From Strigamia acuminata (lineage: Eukaryota): DNA of 64,000 bases. A program made the position numbers and the translations under genes. Positions within the stretch are counted from its first letter, which is position 1. Every line of letters begins with the position of its first letter. The notes under the pieces are model-generated. The model ran no database searches. It had not been told where the DNA came from and saw nothing but the letters and a program-made list of their open reading frames with translations. This document shows positions 34,201 through 46,439 of this stretch, in pieces. The stretch lies in NCBI GenBank assembly GCA_949358305.1, contig OX442314.1, forward strand, positions 3,100,001-3,164,000, in the 5' to 3' direction.

Positions 34201-37200
34201 CAACAAGCTCCTATCCCAGTCAATCCGATCCCTCCTCCTGTTCCTACACTCACACACACTCTCACCAACCCGCCTACTCTTCCGTCATATTCAAATGCAT
34301 TGCAATCAATTCCAACCGTGAACGCCTTCCCTCCGCTTGGCAGCAATTTACAATCTCAAAAGAAAGTCATCGCGAATCCGGCTTCTGTCAAAGATGCCAC
34401 TGGTTTGTGGCATAGCCGATTAGGACATCTCCACACCAACGCGATGAAGCTATTAGCTGCTAATGATCAAGTATACGGTATGGAACCAGCGGAAGTGAGT
34501 CGGGAACTAGCCTGTAATGACTGCCGAATCGCAAAGTCTACGAGGGCATCGCACAAACCAGATCCAAATCCTTCTACTTCTAAGCCATTGGACCTCCTTC
34601 ACATGGACGTCTGGGGACCGGCCCCCGTCCCATCATTTGGAGGAGCGCGTTTTGTACTCACTATCATAGACGACGCCACCCGTTATTGTTGGATTATTCC
34701 ATTGGCTCAGAAATCTCAAGTTTTCGCATCTTTCAAGGACTTTGTTGCAAGGGTTGAGCGGATACAAGAAACGAGCGTCAAAGCCATACGTACTGATCGA
34801 GGCGGTGAATTTTTATCAAATGAGTTTCTCCGCTACCTTCAAGACAAGGGTATTCAGGGACAGCGAACAAACCCGTCATCGCCACAAATAAACGGCACGG
34901 CCGAGCGCATAAACCGAACAATGGCCGACAATTTTCGCGCAGTTTTATCCGAAACCAAATTGCCGGAAGCGCTCTGGGCCGAACTCGCAGTCTCGTTTTC
35001 TTATATCAAGAACCGGAATCCTCATTCACGACTCAACAATCAAGTCCCCTTCATCCTTTGGCGGCAGAGAGCATTGTCATTACGACACTTACGTAAACTG
35101 GGCTCCAAATGCTGGGCGCATTTCACTGCACCAGGCCGCAAGAAACTGGATCCGTGGGCCTGGGAGGGGTATTTAGTCGGCTACGCCACAGGGACCCGTG
35201 GATACAGAATTTGGAATCCGTCTGATAACAAAGTCTACGAATCTATTTATGTCAAGGTCGATGAACGGCAATCGTATCGAAAATCTATCAAAGTTTCAAC
35301 CCAACGACCTGAGGAATCATTTACCAATCCTGGACAACAGCAATCAGTTTCGTTCAGTGATGATGCCAAGTATCATGCTTGGCCGAGGGGATCCGACTCT
35401 GAAGGATCAAATCGCTCTGACAATGATTCCGATAATGGGGACAATGGCAATCAGACATCAACGTCTGCATCCATGCACACGCCGCTTATCCAATTACCTC
35501 CGCCGACAACGCCTGAGAGATTATTATTGGAAGCATGCTCGTTGGAATTGCCCTCTTCGGCCAGCTTAAGACAATCAATGTCATATCCCACTCTTTTTCA
35601 AGCAGATGACACGGATGCTGACATTGCACAAATGGATAACATATCGTTATATCCCGGGACATCCGAATTTACCGGCACATCCGCGGAACAATCACCGCGC
35701 CAGTCACCTCCGGTAACGCCTCATCCATCTGCACCACCGTCCCCACAACGTTCTCCGACTCGTTCACCTTCACTTGATCCGCCAAGATTTGTTACAACAC
35801 GTCGCAGACAACGTGCTGATGATCCAATGACTCACACTTTGCAAATCTTTGATCCCGCGCCCATGTCACCAGCACCTATATTGGGGACTGAAGTTGCCGC
35901 AGCAACTGCACGCCATACAACACATATGTGGCGATTAGTCGGCGGAGATGGACCATGTAGTGAATGGATCCGTGAAGAACATCTTCGAAAAGATCAGAAG
36001 CCTGGATCTATTTTAATCGATGTTTATTATTTCCCGACTCCAAAGATTCGACTCAGATCTTACAAGGATATTGAGGATTACTGCATGTTGAATAACATCG
36101 ATTATGAACCAGAACTTTTCTTTTTCGGTAACCTCGAACATAAATTGCCAACTCTTCCGGGCGTTCGTCATGCGGCTCACTTATGCCGAACTGAACCAGC
36201 TTCATATGCTGAAATTCCGAAGTTTAATGACGCTCCGAAATGGCGCGAAGCCATACAGGAAGAATTAGATACATTCAAAGAAAGGGAGATTTATGAAGAA
36301 GTTCCGAAACCACCGAACACAACGATACTCGGCTGCAAGTGGATTTTTAAGTTGAAGACCGATGCAGCCGGAACCGTCACCCGATATCGAGCACGCCTAG
36401 TAGCGCAAGGTTTTCGCCAAACCCTCGGTGTGGATTTCGACGAAGTGTTTAGTCCGGTTGTGAACTTCATTCTCATTCGTTTATTCTTCTGTCTTCTCGT
36501 GGTATTACGCGGCTGGAAGGACGCCCATCTCGACGTTAAATGTGCGTACCTGTACGGGGAGTTAAAGCATAAGGTTTACATGCGAATCCCGGCAGGTGCC
36601 ACATGTTTCGATCCAAACAACGTATGGCTACTCATCAAGTCATTATATGGGCTCCACCAGTCCGGAAGACAGTGGTTCGAAAAACTCGACGAAACACTTC
36701 GGGCCCTCGGATTTCGAAAGATGCCGGCATGCAACTGCGTTTACGTATTCGGCAATACCGCTGTCATGCTGGTTTACGTGGACGATATAGTTTTATTTTA
36801 TGCATCCGACAGTGCCTTTAAACAACTGATTCAACTCATCAGTTCGAAATTCGACATCGTAAATCTTGGCCCGATCACGAAACTCCTAGGCGTCGAATTC
36901 ATCCGTGACGCCGGACGCACGTTCATCACCCAACGTGCTTACATCGCAAAGATTGTTAAGAAGTTCGGGACGACGACTAACAACCTCGTTAAAGTGCCAG
37001 TGACCCCTGGAACTACACTCGTCAGAGGGTCAACCGAAAATCTAGAGGACTTTCCTTACCGATCTCTAATTGGTTCATTGTTGTTCCTGGCATCGAGAAC
37101 TCGCCCCGACATCTTATACTCCGTCATCGCTCTGGCACAGTTCAACACGTGCTACAATCGAACCCACATCCGTGCTTTGTTACAGGTTCTGCAGTACGTG

Positions 37201-38455
37201 GCAAATACTGCAGACCTCTGCATCGAATTATCCGATTGCGCTTCCAGCCAACTCTCAGCTTTTACCGATGCATCGTGGGCGAGCGACCCGGAAACGTCAT
37301 TGAGTTTCGGAGGATACATTGTTTATGTCGGAAACGTGCCCATTGGCTGGTCATGCCGCAAACAATCGACAGTGGCATGCTCTACTATGGAAGCGGAATT
37401 TATCGCCCTAGTAGAGTGTGTGAAAGAACTTTTCTGGCTCGACCATGTTTACACTGACTTTCCAATTCTCAATCGTCTCTCTCGACCCATCGTATATTCC
37501 GACGCCCTGGCCTCCATTCAATTTACGTCCAACGACATCGAGAACGCGAAAACAAAACACATTCGCGTGAAATATCATTGGCTCAGGGAGTGGTTTACGG
37601 CTGGAGTCTTCGATCTTCGAAAAGTGGCCGGCGAGATTAATATCGCGGACATTTTTACAAAATGGCTCGCATCAGAACGTTTGCGATCGCTGATTTCGAA
37701 GATCTTCCGAGCATAAACATATCGTGACATTCCTAATTTATTTTCACCCGACTTCGAGGATCATCGAGTTTCTGAGGGAATTTTCGGGCTTCCTTTGAGA
37801 AGAGTTCTTCAATGACAGTACCCGGCTCGGTGATTCGTAATTTTTATTGTTTTCCATTTTTCAAATGTTTATATACTGTAATTCCAGTACCCGATTGTAT
37901 TTTTCCCCTGCAAAAACTTAAGATCGAAGAGGGGATTTGTAGGTCTAAAGACCACTGATTTTATCGATATTAAGTATTTACAGCTCTCTTATATCATAAT
38001 TATCAATCAAACGATTGCTTTTGTTATTATTCGACATTTCTGTTCAATTTGATGCTGTCACGTATGTAATTCCATACAATTCTCTAATTTATGATATGAT
38101 TTGTTCTTTTGTTGACCGATATTGTCAATTACTGGCACCAGGGTGCCATATGTATTAACTTTACTTATCCAACATGGCGCTACACACGAGCGTGTGTAGC
38201 TCAACTTCTTTATCCAGTTATGAACTCAAATGTAATGTATTTTCCAATATTAAATTGTTTTTATTATTTTAATTCATTGTGTCCACTTTAAAGCACATTA
38301 GGTGCTATTAGTTTGCGCATATAAGCGGCAATTTCCGCGCGCCCGTATCGCATTTAAACGACACGTCGTCGTTACGTCCGTGCGAGTAGCACGGCCCCGT
38401 TTCTCCACGCTTCCCGGCGATATATCGCCGATATTTTGCGCACAACTCTGCTACA
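31299..38455 (+). mobile_element. Copia D: complete MBD-bearing Ty1/Copia element
   Basis: 518-bp TG..CA LTRs at 31299-31816 and 37938-38455 (about 5 differences). 5-bp TSD GAACC. PBS 31818-31835 (tRNA-iMet). PPT GAAGAGGGGA. Confidence 0.97.
32713..37716 (+). CDS. Copia D gag-PR-IN-MBD-RT-RNaseH polyprotein, uninterrupted
   Basis: CCHC, WIVDCGAT, LWHSRLGH, HMDVWGP, RTDRGGEF, MBD-like WIREEHLRK..DVYYFP..RLRS (about 35960-36125), YVDD, FTDASW, TKHIRVKYHW. Confidence 0.96.
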   Translation: MQKAANSSGGLIPVLGVRNYEQWQRAMRMLLKSEGFWRHVTEEKEAEHLATLTVKETERYMTKKEKALGHIYIYVSEGKRSVLDNCDTPKQAWDTLAKIYAPSSRARQASMRWEFLSLHLEPNEDMPDFIARVDNYARQLRDVGETVTEIHQAYQYLKCLPPEYAQATFAIYHWPDPQFTPTLVAEQLISEHLRLKSSGLLGTVSSTAHASAKGQFRQRNKSGPRDLSNVKCFNCDQLGHYANRCPLPRRQSQGQPTASFQRTSRSKSRRRNKNAATKSNPNRPRESSHPHREGTFFVNAPQVIHPPAVHFMQSNEWIVDCGATDHVSHVRAWFTDFTDVIPFDIELGQGKSQVTGKGTVRLLTAIDKARCVVNLTNVLYAPNFEANLISVSKIDKTRHHTHIFNGEIHVYQTDIRSPLIRAKERGGLYYVDGLCSTPTLATTVFTTIPPTTPPVQTFVTTEEDFIKIPKQKKGNRPITDFRIEMPIVEKLKQTPIQQAPIPVNPIPPPVPTLTHTLTNPPTLPSYSNALQSIPTVNAFPPLGSNLQSQKKVIANPASVKDATGLWHSRLGHLHTNAMKLLAANDQVYGMEPAEVSRELACNDCRIAKSTRASHKPDPNPSTSKPLDLLHMDVWGPAPVPSFGGARFVLTIIDDATRYCWIIPLAQKSQVFASFKDFVARVERIQETSVKAIRTDRGGEFLSNEFLRYLQDKGIQGQRTNPSSPQINGTAERINRTMADNFRAVLSETKLPEALWAELAVSFSYIKNRNPHSRLNNQVPFILWRQRALSLRHLRKLGSKCWAHFTAPGRKKLDPWAWEGYLVGYATGTRGYRIWNPSDNKVYESIYVKVDERQSYRKSIKVSTQRPEESFTNPGQQQSVSFSDDAKYHAWPRGSDSEGSNRSDNDSDNGDNGNQTSTSASMHTPLIQLPPPTTPERLLLEACSLELPSSASLRQSMSYPTLFQADDTDADIAQMDNISLYPGTSEFTGTSAEQSPRQSPPVTPHPSAPPSPQRSPTRSPSLDPPRFVTTRRRQRADDPMTHTLQIFDPAPMSPAPILGTEVAAATARHTTHMWRLVGGDGPCSEWIREEHLRKDQKPGSILIDVYYFPTPKIRLRSYKDIEDYCMLNNIDYEPELFFFGNLEHKLPTLPGVRHAAHLCRTEPASYAEIPKFNDAPKWREAIQEELDTFKEREIYEEVPKPPNTTILGCKWIFKLKTDAAGTVTRYRARLVAQGFRQTLGVDFDEVFSPVVNFILIRLFFCLLVVLRGWKDAHLDVKCAYLYGELKHKVYMRIPAGATCFDPNNVWLLIKSLYGLHQSGRQWFEKLDETLRALGFRKMPACNCVYVFGNTAVMLVYVDDIVLFYASDSAFKQLIQLISSKFDIVNLGPITKLLGVEFIRDAGRTFITQRAYIAKIVKKFGTTTNNLVKVPVTPGTTLVRGSTENLEDFPYRSLIGSLLFLASRTRPDILYSVIALAQFNTCYNRTHIRALLQVLQYVANTADLCIELSDCASSQLSAFTDASWASDPETSLSFGGYIVYVGNVPIGWSCRKQSTVACSTMEAEFIALVECVKELFWLDHVYTDFPILNRLSRPIVYSDALASIQFTSNDIENAKTKHIRVKYHWLREWFTAGVFDLRKVAGEINIADIFTKWLASERLRSLISKIFRA

Positions 38456-39190
38456 GAACCGGGGGTCGACCGACTCGAACCGGGGGTCGACCGACTCGAA
38501 CCGGGGGTCGACCGACTCGAACCGGGGGTCGACCGACTCGAACCGGGGGTCGACCGACTCGAACCGGGGGTCGACCGACTCGAACCGGGGGTCGACCGAC
38601 TCGAACCGGGGGTCGACCGACTCGAACCGGGGGTCGACCGACTCGAACCGGGGGTCGACCGACTCGAACCGGGGGTCGACCGACTCGAACCGGGGGTCGA
38701 CCGACTCGAACCGGGGGTCGACCGACTCGAACCGGGGGTCGACCGACTCGAACCGGGGGTCGACCGACTCGAACCGGGGGTCGACCGACTCGAACCGGGG
38801 GTCGACCGACTCGAACCGGGGGTCGACCGACTCGAACCGGGGGTCGACCGACTCGAACCGGGGGTCGACCGACTCGAACCGGGGGTCGACCGACTCGAAC
38901 CGGGGGTCGACCGACTCGAACCGGGGGTCGACCGACTCGAACCGGGGTTCGACCGACTCGAACCGGGGGTCGACCGACTCGAACCGGGGGTCGACCGACT
39001 CGAACCGGGGGTCGACCGACTCGAACCGGGGGTCGACCGACTCGAACCGGGGGTCGACCGACTCGAACCGGGGGTCGACCGACTCGAACCGGGGGTCGAC
39101 CGACTCGAACCGGGGGTCGACCGACTCGAACCGGGGGTCGACCGACTCGAACCGGGGGTCGACCGACTCGAATTGGGGGTCGACCGACTC
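38456..39190. repeat. 21-bp satellite, about 35 units (continuation after Copia D)
   Basis: Direct reading; register continues through the TSD. Confidence 0.97.
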
Positions 39191-42100
39191 GGGATGGGAT
39201 ACTTGGGTCGAAATGAATAAGGTCGAAACAAGAACTCGACCTTATTCATTTCGACCCTAGTCATTTCTGTATGTCTAATTTTGACCTTCTTCATGAATAA
39301 GATCGAAACATCATTTTGACCTTAGTCATTTCGACCTTATTCATGAATAAGATCGAAATAGGATTTCGACCTTAGTCATTTCGACCCTAGTCATTTCGGT
39401 GTATGTAATTTCGACCTTATTCATGAATAAGGTCGAAACTTTAAATTTTTATATGAATAAGGTCGAAAAACAAAAACTCAAAAACATGAGAATTTCACAT
39501 GAGAATCTCGTGTCTTCTCTCGTTTTCTAATAACAATGTAAAAAATGTTTTTTATTTTATCACTTGTTTTATATTTGCAGGAAACCAGAGCTTCTAGAAG
39601 AAACTATTTCATATTTTTCTCATTTATTTTATAATTAAGTAATAAAATAACCTTATTTTAGCCTACATAAAGTTGTTTTTATTTTGATATTAATTTAATT
39701 TTTTTTTGAACGTTAATTGGCAGTATAAAGTGTGTACACACTGGCCTGATCAAACAATGCAAAAAACACCGCCCAAAACACCGTATCTATTAAAGAATGC
39801 GCGCCGGCAGGCTGCTTAGCGCATTTACCCGGTGCTTCACTGCATCAACGCCATTTTTTTTCTCGGTTTTTCATGTTTTTCACATCGTTTTAACTCGTTT
39901 TTATCATTTTTTTATGATTTCTTAATTTTTTTTTCATTTTTAAACCGTTTTTTTACGGCTTTTAATGTTTTTTTCCCATTTTTTTTCCATTTTTTGATGA
40001 TTTTTCAGGTTTTTTTTTAAGTTTTAATTGGTTTTTCGTGGTTTTTAATATTTTTATTGGTTTTAATGTGTGTTTTATGATCTTTTACGTGTTTTTCCAG
40101 AAGACACAAGATTCTCATGTGAAATTCTCATGTTTATGAGTTTTTAACTTTCGACCTTATTCATATAAAAATTTAGAGTTTCGACCTCATTCATGAATAA
40201 GGTCGACCTTATACATATTTCGACCTTATTCATGAATAAGATAGAAACAGCATTTCGACCTTAGTCCTTTCGACCCTAGTCATTTCTGTATATGTAATTT
40301 CGACTTTAATCATTTCACCCAGGGATGGGATACTTGGGTCGAAATTAATAAGGTCAAAACAGGATTTCAACCTTATTCATTTCGACCTTAGTATGAAATC
40401 CCACCGACTCGAATCGGGGGTCTTCCGACTCGAATCGGGGGTCGACCGACTCGAACCGGGGGTCGACCGACTCGAACCGGGGGTCGACCGACTCGAACCG
40501 GGGGTCGACCGACTCGAACCGGGGGTCGACCGACTCGAACCGGGGGTCGACCGACTCGAACCGGGGGTCGACCGACTCGAACCGGGGGTCGACCGACTCG
40601 AACCGGGGGTCGACCGACTCGAACCGGGGGTCGACCGACTCGAACCGGGGGTCGACCGACTCGAACCGGGGGTCGACCGACTCGAACCGGGGGTCGACCG
40701 ACTCGAACCGGGGGTCGACCGACTCGAACCGGGGGTCGACCGACTCGAACCGGGGGTCGACCGACTCGAACCGGGGGTCGACCGACTCGAACCGGGGGTC
40801 GACCGACTCGAACCGGGGGTCGACCGACTCGAACCGGGGGTCGACCGACTCGAACCGGGGGTCGACCGACTCGAACCGGGGGTCGACCGACTCGAACCGG
40901 GGGTCGACCGACTCGAACCGGGGGTCGACCGACTCGAACCGGGGGTCGACCGACTCGAACCGGGGGTCGACCGACTCGAACCGGGGGTCGACCGACTCGA
41001 ACCGGGGGTCGACCGACTCGAACCGGGGGTCGACCGACTCGAACCGGGGGTCGACCGACTCGAACCGGGGGTCGACCGACTCGAACCGGGGGTCGACCGA
41101 CTCGAACCGGGGGTCGACCGACTCGAACCGGGGGTCGACCGACTCGAACCGGGGGTCGACCGACTCGAACCGGGGTTCGACCGACTCGAACCGAGGGTCG
41201 ACCGACTCGAACCGGGGGTCGACCGACTCGAACCGGGGGTCGACCGACTCGAACCGGGGGTCGACCGACTCGAACCGGGGGTCGACCGACTCGAACCGGG
41301 GGTCGACCGACTCGAACCGGGGGTCGACCGACTCCAACCGGGGGTCGACCGACTCGAACCGGGGGTCGACCGATTCGAATCGGGGGTCGACCGACTCGGG
41401 ATGGGATAAGGTCGAAACAGGAACTCGACCTTATTCATTTCGACCCTAGTCATTTCTGTATGTCTAATTTTGACCTTCTTCATGAATAAGATCGAAACAT
41501 CATTTTGACCTTAGTCATTTCAACCTTATTCATGAATAAGATCGAAATAGGATTTCGACCTTAGTCATTTCGACCCTAGTCATTTCGGTGTATGTAATTT
41601 CGACCTTATTCATGAATAAGGTCGAAACTTTAAATTTTTATATGAATAAGGTCGAAAAACAAAAACTCAAAAACATGAGAATTTCACATGAGAATTTCGT
41701 GTCTTCTCTCGTTTTCTAATAACAATGTAAAAAATGTTTTTTATTTTATCACTTGTTTTATATTTGCAGGAAACCAGAGCTTCTAGAAGAAACTATTTCA
41801 TATTTTTCTCATTTATTTTATAAATAAGTAATAAAATAACCTTATTTTAGCCTACATAAAGTTGTTTTTATTTTGATATTAATTTAATTTTTTTTGAACG
41901 TTAATTGGCAGTATAAAGTGTGTACACACTGGCCTGATCAAACAATGCAAAAAACACCGCCTAAAACACCGTATCTATTAAAGAATGCGCGCCGGCAGGC
42001 TGCTTAGCGCATTTACCCGGTGCTTCACTGCATCAACACCATTTTTTTTCTCGGTTTTTCACGTTTTTCACATCGTTTTAACTCGTTTTTATCATTTTTT

Positions 42101-45068
42101 TATGATTTCTTAATTTTTTTTTCATTTTTAAACCGTTTTTTTACGGCTTTTAATGTTTTTTTCCCATTTTTTTTCCATTTTTTGATGATTTTTCAGGTTT
42201 TTTTTTAAGTTTTAATTGGTTTTTCGTGGTTTTTAATATTTTTATTGGTTTTAATGTGTGTTTTATGATCTTTTACGTGTTTTTCCAGAAGACACAAGAT
42301 TCTCATGTGAAATTCTCATGTTTATGAGTTTTTAACTTTCGACCTTATTCATATAAAAATTTAGAGTTTTGACCTCATTCATGAATAGGGTCGACCTTAT
42401 ACATATTTTGACCTTATTCATGAATAAGATAGAAACAGCATTTCGACCTTAGTCCTTTCGACTCTAGTCATTTCTGTATATGTAATTTCGACTTTAATCA
42501 TTTCACCCAGGGATGGGATACTTGGGTCGAAATTAATAAGGTCAAAACAGGATTTCAACCTTATTCATTTCGACCTTAGTATGAAATCCCACCGACTCGA
42601 ACCGGGGGTCGACCGACTCGAACCGGGGGTCGACCGACTCGAACCGGGGGTCGACCGACTCGAACCGGGGGTCGACCGACTCGAACCGGGGGTCGACCGA
42701 CTCGAACCGGGGGTCGACCGACTCGAACCGGGGGTCGACCGACTCGAACCGGGGGTCGACCGACTCGAACCGGGGGTCGACCGACTCGAACCGGGGGTCG
42801 ACCGACTCGAACCGGGGGTCGACCGACTCGAACCGGGGGTCGACCGACTCGAACCGGGGGTCGACCGACTCGAACCGGGGGTCGACCGACTCGAACCGGG
42901 GGTCGACCGACTCGAACCGGGGGTCGACCGACTCGAACCGGGGGTCGACCGACTCGAACCGGGGGTCGACCGACTCGAACCGGGGGTCGACCGACTCGAA
43001 CCGGGGGTCGACCGACTCGAACCGGGGGTCGACCGACTCGAACCGGGGGTCGACCGACTCGAACCGGGGGTCGACCGACTCGAACCGGGGGTCGACCGAC
43101 TCGAACCGGGGGTCGACCGACTCGAACCGGGGGTCGACCGACTCGAACCGGGGGTCGACCGACTCGAACCGGGGGTCGACCGACTCGAACCGGGGGTCGA
43201 CAGACTCGAACCGGGGGTCGACCGACTCGAACCGGGGGTCGACCGACTCGAACCGGGGGTCGACCGACTCGAACCGGGGGTCGACCGACTCGAACCGGGG
43301 GTCGACCGACTCGAACCGGGGGTCGACCGACTCGAACCGGGGGTCGACCGACTCGAACCGGGGGTCGACCGACTCGAACCGGGGGTCGACCGACTCGAAC
43401 CGGGGGTCGACCGACTCGAACCGGGGGTCGACCGACTCGAACCGGGGGTCGACCGACTCGAACCGGGGGTCGACCGACTCGAACCGGGGGTCGACCGACT
43501 CGAACCGGGGGTCGACCGACTCGAACCGGGGGTCGACCGACTCGAACCGGGGGTCGACCGACTCGAACCGGGGGTCGACCGACTCGAACCGGGGGTCGAC
43601 CGACTCGAACCGGGGGTCGACCGACTCGAACCGGGGGTCGACCGACTCGAACCGGGGGTCGACCGACTCGAACCGGGGGTCGACCGACTCGAACCGGGGG
43701 TCGACCGACTCGAACCGGGGGTCGACCGACTCGAACCGGGGGTCGACCGATTCGAATCGGGGGTCGACCGACTCGGGATGGGATACTTGGGTCGAAATGA
43801 ATAAGGTCGAAACAGGAACTCGACCTTATTCATTTCGACCCTAGTCATTTCTGTATGTCTAATTTTGACCTTCTGCATGAATAAGATCGAAACATCATTT
43901 TGACCTTAGTCATTTCAACCTTATTCATGAATAAGATCGAAATAGGATTTCGACCTTAGTCATTTCGACCCTAGTCATTTCGGTGTATGTAATTTCGACC
44001 TTATTCATGAATAAGGTCAAAACTTTAAATTTTTATATGAATAAGGTCGAAAAACAAAAACTCAAAAACATGAGAATTTCACATGAGAATTTCGTGTCTT
44101 CTCTCGTTTTCTAATAACAATGTAAAAAATGTTTTTTATTTTATCACTTGTTTTATATTTGCAGGAAACCAGAGCTTCTAGAAGAAACTATTTCATATTT
44201 TTCTCATTTATTTTATAAATAAGTAATAAAATAACCTTATTTTAGCCTACATAAAGTTGTTTTTATTTTGATATTAATTTAATTTTTTTTGAACGTTAAT
44301 TGGCAGTATAAAGTGTGTACACACTGGCCTGATCAAACAATGCAAAAAACACCGCCCAAAACACCGTATCTATTAAAGAATGCGCGCCGGCAGGCTGCTT
44401 AGCGCATTTACCCGGTGCTTCACTGCATCAATGCCATTTTTTTTCTCGGTTTTTCATGTTTTTCACATCGTTTTAACTCGTTTTTATCATTTTTTTATGA
44501 TTTCTTAATTTTTTTTTCATTTTTAAACCGTTTTTTTACGGCTTTTAATGTTTTTTTCCCATTTTTTTTCCATTTTTTGATGATTTTTCAGGTTTTTTTT
44601 TAAGTTTTAATTGGTTTTTCGTGGTTTTTAATATTTTTATTGGTTTTAATGTGTGTTTTATGATCTTTTACGTGTTTTTCCAGAAGACACAAGATTCTCA
44701 TGTGAAATTCTCATGTTTATGAGTTTTTAACTTTCGACCTTATTCATATAAAAATTTAGAGTTTTGACCTCATTCATGAATAAGGTCGACCTTTTACATA
44801 TTTCGACCTTATTCATGAATAAGATAGAAACAGCATTTCGACCTTAGTCCTTTCGACCCTAGTCATTTCTGTATATGTAATTTCGACTTTAATCATTTCA
44901 CCCAGGGATGGGATACTTGGGTCGAAATTAATAAGGTCAAAACAGGATTTCAACTTTATTCATTTCGACCTTAGTATGAAATCCCACCGACTCGAATCGG
45001 GGGTCTTCCGACTAGAATCGGGGGTCGACCGACTCGAATCGGGGGTCGACCGACTCGAATCGGGGGTC
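39191..45068. repeat. Higher-order tandem repeat: three about 1.2-kb MULE-related foldback spacers (39191, 41398, 43776), each followed by a 21-bp array (about 47, 56 and 4 units)
   Basis: Spacers are near-identical. They contain the TCGACCTTATTCATGAATAAGGTCGA palindrome and a block homologous to the MULE TIR at 5190-5800. Confidence 0.9.
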
Positions 45069-45355
45069 GGCACCAATGTTAAATCCCTCTCGTAACACAC
45101 TGCAGTCGAGTCCTTGTTGAAAAATTCGTATTGTTGTCGTACAAAAAAATCACCTTTTGTTGTATCCAAATCGTCCGGTTTGTTCGCAAAAAGAGTCGCC
45201 TTTTTGTAGTCTCAAAATAGTTCGTATTTGCAGGTCAGTTTCCAACCAGTCTCGGTTGAAAAAGTGTAACAGTCCTTTAGATGTGAAGAAAACACACACA
45301 CACTCAGGTTAAAGTAAATGTTGCACACTGATTTTATTCTTGTTTCTACAGACTA

Positions 45356-45907
45356 CCGTATATCTGCAAATAGCACACCCGTGCGCTATTTGCCAAAATT
45401 TTTTTTTAACCGCGCGCTATTAGAGGCCCGTGGGCTATTAGAAGCCCGCGGTTTATTTCAAATCTGAAAAATTGTAACGAAACGTATGGATGACGAATTG
45501 ATTAAAAATTGTATTAAGGTTATTCTGAATCGATTAACATTTCCTCATTTTCCTCATTTTCCTCATCACCTTCTTCAACACGGAGACACACCGAATTTCT
45601 TTGCAGCCTTTTCGCCGGAATTCTCCTTGGCATACTGAATTGCTGCCAACTTAAAGCTGAGATCAAACGAACGTGGCATCTTAAAGCACAATACTACTCA
45701 ATCCAAACTGTGCTACTTATATACTGGTACCAACAATTGAAACGTTTCCGAGACATAACACCAATTATGATACGTCTCGGAAATGTAACAATTTGCCCCG
45801 TGCGCTAAACAAGGTCCGCGTCTTATTTGTAAAAACGACTTTGACCCCGTGTATTACTTAAGGTCCGTGGGCTATTAAGGGCCCGTGTAGTAATCGACAA
45901 TATACGG
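45356..45907 (-). mobile_element. Second copy of the pogo-like element (duplicated with the segment)
   Basis: Near-identical to 26438-26989, with the same flanks. Confidence 0.8.
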
Positions 45908-46439
45908 TATATATCTAATCAAATGAGGTTAATTGGTTGTTCACCATTGGTGAAACAAAATACAAAGAAAATGAAAAACAATAGTGTGGAGTTTTTCGGG
46001 TGTAACGGGCGATAACGATCGCCAGGGGGCGGGCGGACACAAACGGAATATGTCCGATAAACGTTTTGGGGGTGAACAGCCAATTGGGGGCCGTTCTTTG
46101 TAATCAACCAATCAGGGTTGACCAGTGTGATATATAATCAGTTTGTTTTGTTTAATAAAATCACTTGAAGTTAACTAGAGCTTGTAGTTGTGTCTTGGTA
46201 ATTTTGGGTCAGCTAGTCTCAGCTTTGAGATAGTTTACATCAGAAGTGGGATAGAAGGATTTGATGCGACGATAGACGATAAAGTAGACGAGAAAGTAGA
46301 AGAAGTAAGAGGCGACGACTGTTTTTGGCGACGGGAACGAAAATCGGGGTAACAAATAGCGCGTGGACGGTTCGGGAAACAAGAGACGATTCGCCGAATA
46401 AACACGTGCTACGAAGGTTAGCCGAACTTCGAACGAGAG

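Noticed and set aside
30492..43878. Long ORFs such as (GSSRSTP)n, (VDRLEPG)n and (NRGSTDS)n
   Set aside because: They are translations of the stop-free 21-bp satellite, open in all frames on both strands
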